A stretch of DNA of 64,000 nucleotides from a phage, in the NCBI GenBank assembly GCA_021469345.1, contig GCA_021469345.1_3049.1; one strand, given 5' to 3'. The first letter of the stretch is position 1. The number at the start of each line of letters is the position of its first letter. Both the position numbers and the translations under genes were made by a program. Of this stretch, positions 21,410 through 31,585 are shown piece by piece. Under the pieces are notes generated by a model. The model had not been told where the DNA came from, ran no database searches, and saw only the letters and a program-made list of their open reading frames with translations.

Positions 21410-22036
21410 ATGTATGAATACAAATTTGATGTGAGAGTTGGTTCTAAAATAATCAATTGTCGCGCATTCACGCTTAAAGAATATCTAGAACTTATTACTG
21501 CCAAAAATAATGGTTCTGTAGAAGTAATTGTTAAAAAGCTAATCAAAGACTGCACAAATGCAAAAGATTTAAACCGCCAAGAATCAGAACTATTGTTGAT
21601 TCATTTATGGGCGCATTCTCTTGGAGAAGTTAATCACGAAAACTCCTGGAAGTGCACCTGTGGAACTGAAATACCAACCCATATAAATCTATTACATACA
21701 CAAATAGATGCACCAGAAGACCTCTGGTATACACTGAGTGACATTAAAATTAAATTCCGATACCCTAAAATTTTTGATGATAAAAATATAGCCCACATGA
21801 TAGTATCATGCATAGAAACGATTCATGCTAACGGGGAAAGCATTCCAGTTGAAGACTTAAATGAAAAGGAACTAGAAGATTTATATTCTATCATCACAGA
21901 GTCAGATATTGTAGCTATAAAAGATATGCTTTTAAAACCTACCGTTTATTTGGCTGTTCCAATTAAGTGTCCAGAGTGTGGAAAAACCCATGCTCACGTA
22001 ATAAGAGGCCTCAAAGAGTTCTTTGAGTTACTATAA
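21410..22036 (+). CDS. 26: baseplate hub subunit gp26
   Basis: 208 aa; SD AAGGAG; synteny. Confidence 0.85.
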   Translation: MYEYKFDVRVGSKIINCRAFTLKEYLELITAKNNGSVEVIVKKLIKDCTNAKDLNRQESELLLIHLWAHSLGEVNHENSWKCTCGTEIPTHINLLHTQIDAPEDLWYTLSDIKIKFRYPKIFDDKNIAHMIVSCIETIHANGESIPVEDLNEKELEDLYSIITESDIVAIKDMLLKPTVYLAVPIKCPECGKTHAHVIRGLKEFFELL

Positions 22037-22434
22037 TGGCAAATATTAATAAGCTTTATTCTGATATTGACCCGGAAATGAAAATGGATTGGAACAAAGA
22101 TGTTTCCAGATCACTTGGATTAAGGTCAATTAAAAACAGTCTTTTGGGAATTATTACAACAAGAAAAGGTTCAAGACCGTTTGACCCTGAATTTGGATGT
22201 GATTTATCAGACCAGCTTTTTGAAAATATGACTCCTCTTACTGCTGACACAGTTGAGCGCAATATTGAAAGCGCAGTAAGAAACTATGAACCACGTATTG
22301 ATAAATTATCAGTTAATGTGATACCAGTTTATGATGATTATACTCTGATAGTAGAAATACGCTTTTCGGTCATCGATAACCCTGATGATATTGAGCAGAT
22401 AAAACTGCAGCTGGCTTCCAGTAATAGAGTATAA
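22036..22434 (+). CDS. 25: baseplate wedge subunit gp25 (lysozyme-like fold)
   Basis: 132 aa; matches remembered T4 gp25 length and position. Confidence 0.88.
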   Translation: MANINKLYSDIDPEMKMDWNKDVSRSLGLRSIKNSLLGIITTRKGSRPFDPEFGCDLSDQLFENMTPLTADTVERNIESAVRNYEPRIDKLSVNVIPVYDDYTLIVEIRFSVIDNPDDIEQIKLQLASSNRV

Positions 22435-22460
22435 TGCTTCACGTTAAAACGTGGTATAAT
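22433..22460 (+). promoter_or_regulatory. middle-mode promoter (MotA box + -10) for uvsY
   Basis: TGCTTCA at 22435-22441, 13-nt spacer, TATAAT at 22455-22460. Confidence 0.55.
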
Positions 22461-22500
22461 GAATCTAAGTCCATCCAATAACAATTGAATAGAGAACAAT

Positions 22501-22914
22501 ATGAAATTAGAAGATCTTCAAGAAGAATTGAAGAAAGATGTGTTTATAGATTCGACTAAATTACAGTATGAAGCAGCTAATAATGTGATGTTATATAGTA
22601 AATGGCTTAATAAGCATTCAAGTATTAAAAAGGAAATGCTTAGAATTGACGCACAGAAAAAAGTTGCTCTTAAAGCTAGATTAGACTACTACTCGGGACG
22701 AGGAGATGGTGATGAATTTAGTATGGATCGTTACGAGAAATCAGAAATGAAGACAGTTCTATCAGCTGATAAGGATGTTTTAAAGGTTGATACCTCGTTA
22801 CAGTATTGGGGGATTTTATTAGATTTCTGTAGCGGAGCTCTTGATGCTATCAAATCACGAGGATTTGCTATTAAGCATATTCAAGACATGCGAGCATTTG
22901 AGGCTGGAAAATAA
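22501..22914 (+). CDS. uvsY: recombination mediator UvsY
   Basis: 137 aa, same length and position as T4 UvsY. Confidence 0.85.
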   Translation: MKLEDLQEELKKDVFIDSTKLQYEAANNVMLYSKWLNKHSSIKKEMLRIDAQKKVALKARLDYYSGRGDGDEFSMDRYEKSEMKTVLSADKDVLKVDTSLQYWGILLDFCSGALDAIKSRGFAIKHIQDMRAFEAGK

Positions 22915-23138
22915 TGAGATACAGCATTGATGATGCTTTTAATTATGAAGAAGAATTTGAAACGGAAATTCAATTCTTAATTAAAAAGCATAATCTTAAG
23001 CGTCAGGATATTCGTATCCTGGCCGACCACCCGTGTGGTGAAGATGTCCTTTATATTAAAGGAAAATTTGCCGGATATCTTGATGAATATTTTTATTCTA
23101 AAGATATGGGCATTGATATGCATATGAGAGTTGTATAA
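22914..23138 (+). CDS. hypothetical protein (uvsY.-1 position)
   Basis: 74-aa ORF overlapping uvsY stop. Confidence 0.5.
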   Translation: MRYSIDDAFNYEEEFETEIQFLIKKHNLKRQDIRILADHPCGEDVLYIKGKFAGYLDEYFYSKDMGIDMHMRVV

Positions 23139-23170
23139 ATAAGATATATATAATTCAGAGGAGACAATCA

Positions 23171-23338
23171 TGTCAGATAAGATTTGTGTTGTCTGTAAAA
23201 CTCCAATCGATTCTGCATTGGTTGTTGAAACAGACAAAGGTCCTGTACATCCTGGGCCTTGTTATAATTACATTAAAGAACTACCAGTTTCAGAAAGTTC
23301 GGAAGAACAATTAAATGAAACACAACTTTTGCTATAGT
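23171..23338 (+). CDS. hypothetical small protein (uvsY.-2 position), not in ORF track
   Basis: ATG 23171 preceded by GAGGAG; 55 aa MSDKICVVCKTPIDSALV...; stop TAG at 23336-23338. Confidence 0.4.
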
Positions 23339-23392
23339 GTGACCTTTAGTCTATAGTTTTGGCCCTTCCTTTTTGGTTGGGCCTTTTTTAAT

Positions 23393-23623
23393 TTAAAAGC
23401 TTTCTTCTACTTCATCGTCTGAATCTTCTAATTCAGCTCTTTTTCCTGCCAAAGCATCTCTGACTGAGATGTCATCAGTATCTTTTAATTCAGTTTCTTT
23501 GACTCTTTTCTTATAATAAGCTTCAAGTTCTTCTAAACCTTCTAATGTTTGACAAGAGGCAATTTTACCCATAAATTCATCAATAGAAGCTTCATAAAGA
23601 AATTGTTTAAATTTTAGTAACAT
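23393..23623 (-). CDS. uvsW.1: UvsW.1-like small protein
   Basis: ORF-track start 23635 is TTG; ATG at 23623 with GGAGAAAAAG SD gives 76 aa; immediately downstream of uvsW. Confidence 0.7.
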   Translation of the reverse strand: MLLKFKQFLYEASIDEFMGKIASCQTLEGLEELEAYYKKRVKETELKDTDDISVRDALAGKRAELEDSDDEVEESF

Positions 23624-23648
23624 CTTTTTCTCCAAAGGGCCGAAGCCC

Positions 23649-25160
23649 TTATAAATTAACTGTTTTCATTACGTAATTAAATTTTTCATCTGCGTAGCGC
23701 TGAATACGATCAATGCCGTGTTTTAAAAGATAGTTCAAATGAACATATTTCTTTTTCGTATTAGCAGATTTTGGTTTAACGCCACAATCATCTATGAGGT
23801 CCCAGACTGTTGCGATTGTTTTAGAACCATGCTTACGTAATACACGACCGATTGTTTGTAATACAATGATTTTTGATTTAACGCCGTGCGCTAAAACAAC
23901 ATGATGCAGATTTTTAACTGAAATACCAGTAGAAAATACACCATAACTCGCTACTATAATTATTCCTTTACCATTTTCAGCTAAGGTTTTCATTACGTTG
24001 CGTGTTTCAGTATCAACTTCCCCTGATACGTAATAAACTTTATCGTATTCATTTTTAATTAAATCGAAAATAGCTTTACCATGCGATACATGTTTAAACA
24101 TGACAAAAGCGTTTTCATCTTTTTGCGCAAGCTTAATAGCTAATTTAGCGATCCATTTATTTCTTTTACTAAGCCCAGTAATAATTTTTATTTCTTCTTG
24201 ATAAGTTTTTCCCTTTAATTTAGTAGTGAACTCATCGGGATAGCGAAGAAAAATACTATTAATTTTTAGCTCAGTTACTTGTCCATCTTCCATTAATTTA
24301 GAAGTCGTTACTGGCTTAAATATTTCACCAAACATTCCAACATACTGCATGATATTGGCTTTGCCATCACGTAATGAACCAGACAAACCGAATTTGAACA
24401 TGCAGTTATTTAAACCTGATATGATAGATGAAATACTTTTTCCTGTAGCAAGATGGCATTCATCATTCATCATCATTCCAAATTGGGAGAACCATTCTTT
24501 CGGTTGTTTTACTACAGTTTGCCATGTACCAACAACGACTGGTGCATCATTTTTATATTTATCATCTTTTGATGCTCCGCCACCAATTTTCTTTATCATT
24601 GCATGGCTGAATAAACGATAGTCGACGAAGTCATCAGCCATCTGAGTTGTCAGAGCAGTTGTTGGAACAATGATAAGAATTTTACCTTCATAATTTTCCA
24701 AATAATATCGCGCAAGCAAAGCTTGGATTAACGATTTACCAGCGGATGTTGGAAGATTAAGAATTCTACGACGATTAACTAATCCTTCGAACACTGCATC
24801 TTTTTGATACCAGTGCGGTTCAATTCTTTTATTTCCTGAATAGATTTCTAATTTAGAAAGCCATTCATCAAAATCTTTTCTTGATAATTCTTCTTTTTCG
24901 TTAATTTGTGGGTCAATCCAGGCTTTATAGCCAAAGTTATCACAGAACTTTTTAATTTGCCCGACTAAGCCGAATGGAAGAAGACGATTATAATCTAAAA
25001 GACGGATTCGTCCATCCCAGTGGCCATATCTGTATTTCGGATTAAAACGATACCCATCAGCTTCAAAGCTAAAGAAATCACGGAGTTCATGAAATGTACT
25101 TTCTTCACAGTCAATTCTCACGTGACTAAAATCATAAAAATGTACTTTAATGTCAGTCAT
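23649..25160 (-). CDS. uvsW: UvsW SF2 DNA/RNA helicase
   Basis: 503 aa; Walker A LPTSAGKS, DECH box; matches remembered T4 UvsW. Confidence 0.9.
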   Translation of the reverse strand: MTDIKVHFYDFSHVRIDCEESTFHELRDFFSFEADGYRFNPKYRYGHWDGRIRLLDYNRLLPFGLVGQIKKFCDNFGYKAWIDPQINEKEELSRKDFDEWLSKLEIYSGNKRIEPHWYQKDAVFEGLVNRRRILNLPTSAGKSLIQALLARYYLENYEGKILIIVPTTALTTQMADDFVDYRLFSHAMIKKIGGGASKDDKYKNDAPVVVGTWQTVVKQPKEWFSQFGMMMNDECHLATGKSISSIISGLNNCMFKFGLSGSLRDGKANIMQYVGMFGEIFKPVTTSKLMEDGQVTELKINSIFLRYPDEFTTKLKGKTYQEEIKIITGLSKRNKWIAKLAIKLAQKDENAFVMFKHVSHGKAIFDLIKNEYDKVYYVSGEVDTETRNVMKTLAENGKGIIIVASYGVFSTGISVKNLHHVVLAHGVKSKIIVLQTIGRVLRKHGSKTIATVWDLIDDCGVKPKSANTKKKYVHLNYLLKHGIDRIQRYADEKFNYVMKTVNL

Positions 25161-25189
25161 GTCTAAATACCATGTAATAAATATATCTA

Positions 25190-25197
25190 TATTTATA
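25190..25197 (-). promoter_or_regulatory. late promoter for uvsW
   Basis: TATTTATA on plus strand (= TATAAATA on minus) about 30 bp upstream of the uvsW start. Confidence 0.55.
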
Positions 25198-25210
25198 CTG
25201 AGGAAATATT

Positions 25211-25891
25211 ATGATAGATAAAGATTATATTGCAGAGCTGAAGGCTCTTGATGATAACAAAGAAGCTAAAGCTAAATTAGCTGAATACGCTGAACAGTTT
25301 GGTATAAAGGTCAAAAAGAATAAATCTTTTGATAATATCGTTGCTGATATTGAAGAAGCCCTCCAGAAGCTCGCTAGTGAACCTATGCCAGAGACTGATG
25401 GGTTATCTATTAAAGACTTAATTAATGCTGCTGATGCTGCAGAGGGGTTAAAATATGACGATGAAGAAGTCAATCCAGAAGCAGCACTTCTGATTGATTC
25501 TCCGGTTAAATCTGACATTAAAATTGAAGTAGTAGAAACGGATAAAATTCCTGAAAATACCGATGTTTTGATTGAAGATACTCCTTTTGTTGAAGAAAAA
25601 TTTGAACAGGCTGTAGCTGAGATTATCGAATCTGAAAAGCCGTCTGTATTTACTCTTCCGGAAAACTTTAGCCCAAATCTTCAGCTGATTGGAAAAAATC
25701 CAGGATTCTGCACTGTTCCTTGGTGGATTTATCAATGGATAGCTGAAACTCCGGATTGGAAATCTCACCCAACTAGTTTTGAACACGCATCGGCACACCA
25801 AACTTTATTTAGCTTAATTTATTACATTAACCGCGACGGATCAGTTTTAATTCGTGAAACACGCAATTCTTCTTTCGTAACATTAAAATAA
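25211..25891 (+). CDS. inh: Inh, inhibitor of prohead protease
   Basis: 226 aa, same length and position as T4 Inh. Confidence 0.8.
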   Translation: MIDKDYIAELKALDDNKEAKAKLAEYAEQFGIKVKKNKSFDNIVADIEEALQKLASEPMPETDGLSIKDLINAADAAEGLKYDDEEVNPEAALLIDSPVKSDIKIEVVETDKIPENTDVLIEDTPFVEEKFEQAVAEIIESEKPSVFTLPENFSPNLQLIGKNPGFCTVPWWIYQWIAETPDWKSHPTSFEHASAHQTLFSLIYYINRDGSVLIRETRNSSFVTLK

Positions 25892-25900
25892 GGATAACTT

Positions 25901-27021
25901 ATGGCTTTTACAGTTGATATAACTCCTAAAACACCAACAGGGGTTATTGATGAAACCAAGCAGTTTACTGCTACACCCAGTGGTGAAACTGGAGGTGGAA
26001 CTATTACCTATGCTTGGAGCGTAGATAATGCTCCCCAAGAAGGATCAGCAGCAACTTTTGATTATGTATTAAAAGGACCTGCCGGTCAAAAGACCATTAA
26101 AGTAGTTGCAACAAATACACTTTCTGAAGGAGGTCCGGAAACGGCTGAAGCGACAACAACTATCACAGTTCAAAACAAGACACAAACGACTACCTTAGCC
26201 GTAACTCCTGATAGTCCTGCGGCTGGAGTGATTGGAACAGCTGTTGAATTTACTGCTGCTTTAGCTTCGCAGCCATCAGGTGCATCTGCTACGTATCAGT
26301 GGTATGTAGATGATTCACAAGTTGGTGGAGAAACTAACTCTACATTTAGCTATACTCCAACTACAAGTGGAGTAAAAAGAATTAAATGCGTAGCCCAAGT
26401 AACCGCGGCTGATTATGATGCAAAGGAAGTTACTTCTAATGAAGTATCATTAACGGTTAATAAGAAGACAATGAATCCACAGGTTACATTGACTCCTCCT
26501 TCTATTAACGTTCAGCAAGATGCTTCGGCTACATTTACCGCTAATGTTACTGATGCTCGCAAATTACTTATTCATGGAAGAAAGATTCTTCTCCTGTAGA
26601 AGGGTCAACTAACGTATATACTGTCGATACCTCATCTGTTGGAAGTCAAACTATTGAAGTGACTGCCGTCGTTACTGCAGATGACTATGATAGCAAAACT
26701 ATTACAGCAGAAGGTCAAGTTCAAGTAACCGATAAAGTTGCTCCGGAACCAGAAGGTGAACTACCTTATGTTCATCCTCTTCCACATCGTACTTCAGCTT
26801 ACATCTGGTGCGGTTGGTGGGTTATGGATGAAATCCAAAAAATGACCGAAGAAGGTAAAGATTGGAAAACTGACGATCCAGATAGTAAGTACTACTTGCA
26901 TCGTTACACTCTCCAGAAGATGATGAAAGAATATCCAGAAGTTGATGTTCAAGAATCGCGTAATGGATACATCATTCATAAAACTGCTTTAGAAACTGGT
27001 ATCATCTATACCTATCCATAA
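25901..27021 (+). pseudogene. hoc: hoc (highly immunogenic outer capsid protein) interrupted by a frameshift
   Basis: Ig-like Hoc homology runs through ORF 25901-26599 then continues in another frame (...QITYSWKKDSSPVEG... from ~26554) into ORF 26659-27021; total 1121 bp is not a multiple of 3. Confidence 0.75.
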
Positions 27022-27025
27022 TCAT

Positions 27026-27050
27026 AAGGGGCTTCGGCCCCTTTCTTCAT
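27026..27050 (+). terminator. rho-independent terminator after hoc
   Basis: aaggggc-ttcg-gcccctt then T-rich tract. Confidence 0.65.
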
Positions 27051-27110
27051 TTTGAAAGCACACAAAACACAATCAGAAAATGATGTATATAATGGCACCA
27101 ACTCGATAAC

Positions 27111-27326
27111 ATGAGATTGATTATGAGAACTGAGGTTGTGGTGTTTACTCTTCATGAGTCTGGAAAGTCATTCATTGAAATTGCTCGTGAATTAAACTTA
27201 CAGGCGAAAGAAGTGGCTGTATTATGGGCTCGAGCTATGACTGCTAAGAATAAATTTGAGACTCGAGAAAAAGTTGTCTATAGAAAAAGACATATTAATA
27301 AAAAGGTGAAAAATGGAACAGTATGA
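27111..27326 (+). CDS. hypothetical small protein with helix-turn-helix-like segment
   Basis: 71 aa; GKSFIEIARELNLQAKEV resembles an HTH; 24.3 position. Confidence 0.45.
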   Translation: MRLIMRTEVVVFTLHESGKSFIEIARELNLQAKEVAVLWARAMTAKNKFETREKVVYRKRHINKKVKNGTV

Positions 27327-27591
27327 TCTTTATGAAAATGAATCTTTTGCTAATCAATTACGCGAAAAAGCACTTAAAAGCAAACAGTTCAAGCTAGAGT
27401 GTTTTATTAAAGATTTTTCGGAACTTGCTAATAAAGCAGCTGAACAAGGTAAAACATATTTTAGTTATTATTGCACTGCTCGCGATAAATTGATTACTGA
27501 AGAAATTGGTGATTGGCTGAGAAAAGAAGGATTTAGCTTTAAAGTCAATAGTGATCAGCGTGATGGTGATTGGTTAGAAATTACATTTTGA
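27313..27591 (+). CDS. hypothetical protein (24.2 position)
   Basis: 92-aa ORF; SD AAAGGTGA. Confidence 0.5.
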   Translation: MEQYDLYENESFANQLREKALKSKQFKLECFIKDFSELANKAAEQGKTYFSYYCTARDKLITEEIGDWLRKEGFSFKVNSDQRDGDWLEITF

Positions 27592-27600
27592 GGATTAATT

Positions 27601-28605
27601 ATGTTTAAAAAGTATAGCAGTCTTGAAAATCATTACAACTCTAAATTTATTGAAAAACTTTATAGCCTGGGATTGACTGGCGGCGAATGGGTAGCTCGTG
27701 AAAAAATTCATGGAACAAACTTTTCTTTGATTATTGAGCGTGATAAAGTAACTTGCGCTAAACGTACTGGACCGATTCTTCCTGCTGAAGATTTCTTTGG
27801 GTATGAAATTATTCTAAAGAATTACGCTGATTCCATTAAAGCAGTACAAGATATTATGGAAACTTCAGCGGTTGTATCTTATCAAGTTTTTGGCGAATTC
27901 GCTGGACCTGGCATTCAGAAGAATGTTGATTATGGTGATAAAGATTTTTATGTATTTGACATTATTGTCACTACAGAAAGTGGTGATGTAACTTATGTTG
28001 ATGATTACATGATGGAATCGTTTTGTAATTCATTTGGGTTTAAAATCGCTCCACTTTTGGGTCGTGGTAAATTTGAAGATCTTATTAAACTTCCAAATGA
28101 TTTGGATTCTGTTGTTCCGTCTTATAATTTTACCGTAGATAATGCAGGTTTAATTGACGCTAACAAATGTGTTTGGAAAGCTGAAGCAAAAGGCGAAGTA
28201 TTTACCGCTGAAGGATATGTATTGAAACCTTGTTATCCTTCTTGGATGCCTAATGGCAATCGTGTAGCAATTAAATGCAAGAACTCTAAATTTAGCGAAA
28301 AGAAAAAGTCTGATAAGCCTATTAAAGCTAAAGTTGAGCTATCAGAAGCTGATAATAAATTGCTGGGAATTTTAGCTTGTTACGTTACACTGAACCGGGT
28401 AAATAACGTTATTTCTAAAATTGGCGAAATTGGTCCTAAAGATTTTGGAAAGGTGATGGGACTAACTGTTCAAGATATTTTGGAAGAAACTTCTCGTGAA
28501 GGTATTACTCTAACTCAAGCGGATAATCCTTCTTTGATTAAAAAGGAATTAGTTAAAATGGTACAAGATGTACTTCGTCCGGCTTGGATTGAATTGGTAA
28601 GTTAA
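27601..28605 (+). CDS. rnlB: RNA ligase 2
   Basis: 334 aa; nucleotidyltransferase lysine motif KIHGTN; same length as T4 Rnl2. Confidence 0.9.
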   Translation: MFKKYSSLENHYNSKFIEKLYSLGLTGGEWVAREKIHGTNFSLIIERDKVTCAKRTGPILPAEDFFGYEIILKNYADSIKAVQDIMETSAVVSYQVFGEFAGPGIQKNVDYGDKDFYVFDIIVTTESGDVTYVDDYMMESFCNSFGFKIAPLLGRGKFEDLIKLPNDLDSVVPSYNFTVDNAGLIDANKCVWKAEAKGEVFTAEGYVLKPCYPSWMPNGNRVAIKCKNSKFSEKKKSDKPIKAKVELSEADNKLLGILACYVTLNRVNNVISKIGEIGPKDFGKVMGLTVQDILEETSREGITLTQADNPSLIKKELVKMVQDVLRPAWIELVS

Positions 28606-28610
28606 ATAAA

Positions 28611-28635
28611 AAGGGACCGAAAGGTCCCTTTGTTT
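28611..28635. terminator. bidirectional hairpin terminator
   Basis: aagggacc-gaaa-ggtccctt + T-run between convergent rnlB (+) and gene 24 (-). Confidence 0.7.
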
Positions 28636-29918
28636 TATTTATCAACAATAATTTTTGGTAGCTTAACACCTAATAAAACAGACAAATCTGAACGACCCGC
28701 CATTTTATCCATGTCTCCACCATCAATTACTCTTGCTTCTTTTTCATCTTTTGCTACGGTATAAGGATTTGCCGATAAAGCATATCTAACTAATAAACTG
28801 ATAGACGGTTGTAAGCTTTCTGGGTCAACAACAACTTTAAATGCACCTACATGTTCAGGGTCATCTAAGTCGAGACCTTCTGTATACGGAGCATAGAAAA
28901 TTGATCCAACAATTTCTTTTTCACCGATATTTTCTACTACGCCAACGATTACATAATCTAATGGGCTGTTAGTATCGCAATAAAGCGGTAAACCATTAGC
29001 TAATAACCCGTAGGCATTTTGTGAAAGATATTTGTCATCTTCTGGTTTATGTTTTAACCAACCTGATGCAGCAAGAATCGCAGCAGCACGAGCTGAAGCT
29101 ACACAAAATGTTGCTGTATAAGTTGATTCTTTTTGGATATGCGAAACCATTTCACACACCATTCGGTATAATGAACGACCAGCTTCAGGTGCAGATGCAT
29201 AACTCAAATCAATGAATCCAGTATCAGTAATTCCTGTAACTTTATAACGTTTTGATACTGTAATCAAAGACTGCAGAATATCTTTATTGATTTCATCTGC
29301 CATTTCAGTTGCAAGCAAATCTTCTAGGAAATTAGGAGCGTCGAATCCGTTTGCTTCTAAATCTTGAGCCAATTCAACTGTGATGCCAGTTTTAAGTTTA
29401 CGAGATTTAACGGCGGTTTGCCATTTATTAATCTGGAATCTAGCATCTGCAATTTCGCTATCAGAGCTTTCAAATTTGCTTGTTGATGCTGCATCAGAAA
29501 ATAGACGAACCTTTAAAAGAACAATTGCAATCTGAAGAGCTAATTCTAGATCGCTTTCTTCAATATCAGCAAACGGTGTATCTTCTAATACTTTATAAAC
29601 GATATTATTATATTTGAATAAATCGCCTTTATTGAGAGTTAATTTAGACTCTTCTGTTAATTCTGTGATTTGTTCTCGGTCTACATATCCGGCTTCGCCA
29701 GCGTAAGTAGCACCAGTTTTAAATGTAAATTCATTGTCTGGGTTAAGGTATTTGATACCATAAAAAGCAGCAACAGGTTGATTAGTTCTTTGCGTTGCTA
29801 CAATGTCAGAATATATTAATTTAGTGGTAGCGCGAGTCAAAGCAACGAGATTTGGGCGACCGATTGAGTTGCTGTTCGTTGTGGTTGATTCGCGCAGAAG
29901 TTCGTTGATTTTAGCCAT
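28635..29918 (-). CDS. 24: head vertex protein gp24
   Basis: 427 aa; gp23-like fold; same length and position as T4 gp24. Confidence 0.9.
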   Translation of the reverse strand: MAKINELLRESTTTNSNSIGRPNLVALTRATTKLIYSDIVATQRTNQPVAAFYGIKYLNPDNEFTFKTGATYAGEAGYVDREQITELTEESKLTLNKGDLFKYNNIVYKVLEDTPFADIEESDLELALQIAIVLLKVRLFSDAASTSKFESSDSEIADARFQINKWQTAVKSRKLKTGITVELAQDLEANGFDAPNFLEDLLATEMADEINKDILQSLITVSKRYKVTGITDTGFIDLSYASAPEAGRSLYRMVCEMVSHIQKESTYTATFCVASARAAAILAASGWLKHKPEDDKYLSQNAYGLLANGLPLYCDTNSPLDYVIVGVVENIGEKEIVGSIFYAPYTEGLDLDDPEHVGAFKVVVDPESLQPSISLLVRYALSANPYTVAKDEKEARVIDGGDMDKMAGRSDLSVLLGVKLPKIIVDK

Positions 29919-29945
29919 TGCGCTTTCCTTTTGGTTTATATGATT

Positions 29946-29953
29946 TATTTATA
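29946..29953 (-). promoter_or_regulatory. late promoter for gene 24
   Basis: TATTTATA on plus strand about 28 bp upstream of the gene 24 start. Confidence 0.6.
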
Positions 29954-29967
29954 CCATAAAAACAACT

Positions 29968-29988
29968 AAAGGGACCCGAAGGTCCCTT
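29968..29988 (-). terminator. rho-independent terminator after gene 23
   Basis: aagggacc-cgaa-ggtccctt hairpin; U-rich on the minus strand after the stem. Confidence 0.7.
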
Positions 29989-30001
29989 AAATCGTCAAAG
30001 A

Positions 30002-31567
30002 TTAGATACCTTTAACATATACACGGCGGAAGTAAGCGTTTTTACCAAGGCTATTCAGAATAGAAGGCATACCGCTCTGGATGCGAGAAGCCGGAGCCTG
30101 AGCAGCGGATTCTGCAAATGGGTTGATACCGATACCGTAACGAGTTTTGAATCCCATTACCGGTTGGAAGTTCTTCGGATCGGAACCACGCAGCGGAGTC
30201 AGAGCTACATATGGAGCGTAGTAAATACCAGCATCCATTTCGTTCGGACCTTTATAACCTACAGTGAAATAATCCTGTTTAGCATACTGGTCGATATATA
30301 CACGGTATTTACCACCCAGAACACCAGCAAATACTGACTTGGTAGTATCAGTGTTAAAGCCGGTAGCCAGACCCTGTGCAGCATAAGAAATGCCGGTATC
30401 AACTGAAGCCAGAACGTTAACTACGTTACGGGAAGCGATAATGAAGTTACCTTCACCACGACCGGTCTGACGAGCAATTTCAACTGCTTCTTTGTCAATC
30501 TGGAACAACAGAGCTTTAAAGGATTCACCTGCCCAGCGAGCACCACGAATATCGATTGGGTCCTGGAAGTCAAATACACCAGCTTTAGAACCCGGAGTCA
30601 GGGTCATACCAGATTTACCAACCTGGGCTGAGTAGTTAATCCAATCAACAACTTCACGGTTGATTTCCAGCATAATTTCTGTAGCCAGAATACCAGACAG
30701 TTCAGCGTCAGCATCCATACCGTGAACAGCGCGGAGGTCTTGTGCTAATTCGATAGAGTAAGCAGCTTTCAGCTGGCGAGATTTAGCTTCGATAACTTGT
30801 TTATCGATACGGAAGCCCATTTCATTCCATGGGTTATCGGTAGAACCATTGAAACCTTCCTGAAGTTCAGCGATAGAAGTAGCCATACCTTCAGCGATTT
30901 CTACCAGTGCACCAGCTTCCATTTGTTTCTTAATTTCAGCATCTAATTTAGCTGCATCATCGGCACTTGAACTAATTGTTACTACAGCGGAAGCTTGCAG
31001 ATACACAGTACCAGTGTCCTGGAAGAAGTGAGTATAGATATCACCTACAACGGTTTGTGTGCTAGCAGCCAGAGCTGTGAATTTCTTAGCAGCACCCTGA
31101 CCAGAGAACATTGCATCTGGACCATACATTGGGTGGAATGCTTCTTTAGCACCGGAAGCGACCGGGTCTTTACCGTATACTGCGCGCAGTGCGAATACCT
31201 GGCCAGTCGGGCTGTTCATCGGCTGAACACCGCAAATATCGAAAGCAATCAGGTTAGGAATAGCACGACGTACCATACCCATAACAGCTGGGCCAATCTG
31301 AGTTACTGCGCCAGAAGTCTGACCTGCAGCGATGTTAGTAGCATTGTAACCGTGGTCACCACCGATTTCAGCTTCTGTTAAGAAAGAACCGAATGCCTGA
31401 GCAATTTTTTCGTCTTTATATTCCGGAGCTGTCTGGAAATCTTTTTCCTGGTTTTCAAAGATTTTAGCGATAATCGCTTGTTTGCTATTAGCAATTTCCG
31501 GTAAACCTTCACCTTCCAGTAATGGCTTCCATTTGTTCAAAAGTTCAGCTTTAGTTTTGATAGTCAT
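30002..31567 (-). CDS. 23: major capsid protein gp23
   Basis: 521 aa; near-identical to remembered T4 gp23 (MTIKTKAELLNKWKPLLEGEGLPEIANSKQ...). Confidence 0.95.
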   Translation of the reverse strand: MTIKTKAELLNKWKPLLEGEGLPEIANSKQAIIAKIFENQEKDFQTAPEYKDEKIAQAFGSFLTEAEIGGDHGYNATNIAAGQTSGAVTQIGPAVMGMVRRAIPNLIAFDICGVQPMNSPTGQVFALRAVYGKDPVASGAKEAFHPMYGPDAMFSGQGAAKKFTALAASTQTVVGDIYTHFFQDTGTVYLQASAVVTISSSADDAAKLDAEIKKQMEAGALVEIAEGMATSIAELQEGFNGSTDNPWNEMGFRIDKQVIEAKSRQLKAAYSIELAQDLRAVHGMDADAELSGILATEIMLEINREVVDWINYSAQVGKSGMTLTPGSKAGVFDFQDPIDIRGARWAGESFKALLFQIDKEAVEIARQTGRGEGNFIIASRNVVNVLASVDTGISYAAQGLATGFNTDTTKSVFAGVLGGKYRVYIDQYAKQDYFTVGYKGPNEMDAGIYYAPYVALTPLRGSDPKNFQPVMGFKTRYGIGINPFAESAAQAPASRIQSGMPSILNSLGKNAYFRRVYVKGI

Positions 31568-31585
31568 TTGTGTTAACCTTTAAAA

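Noticed and set aside
25901-27021. Treating the two hoc ORFs as separate genes
   Set aside because: Hoc-like similarity continues across the frame break and the second ORF's ATG is internal to the homologous region; a single frameshifted gene explains it better
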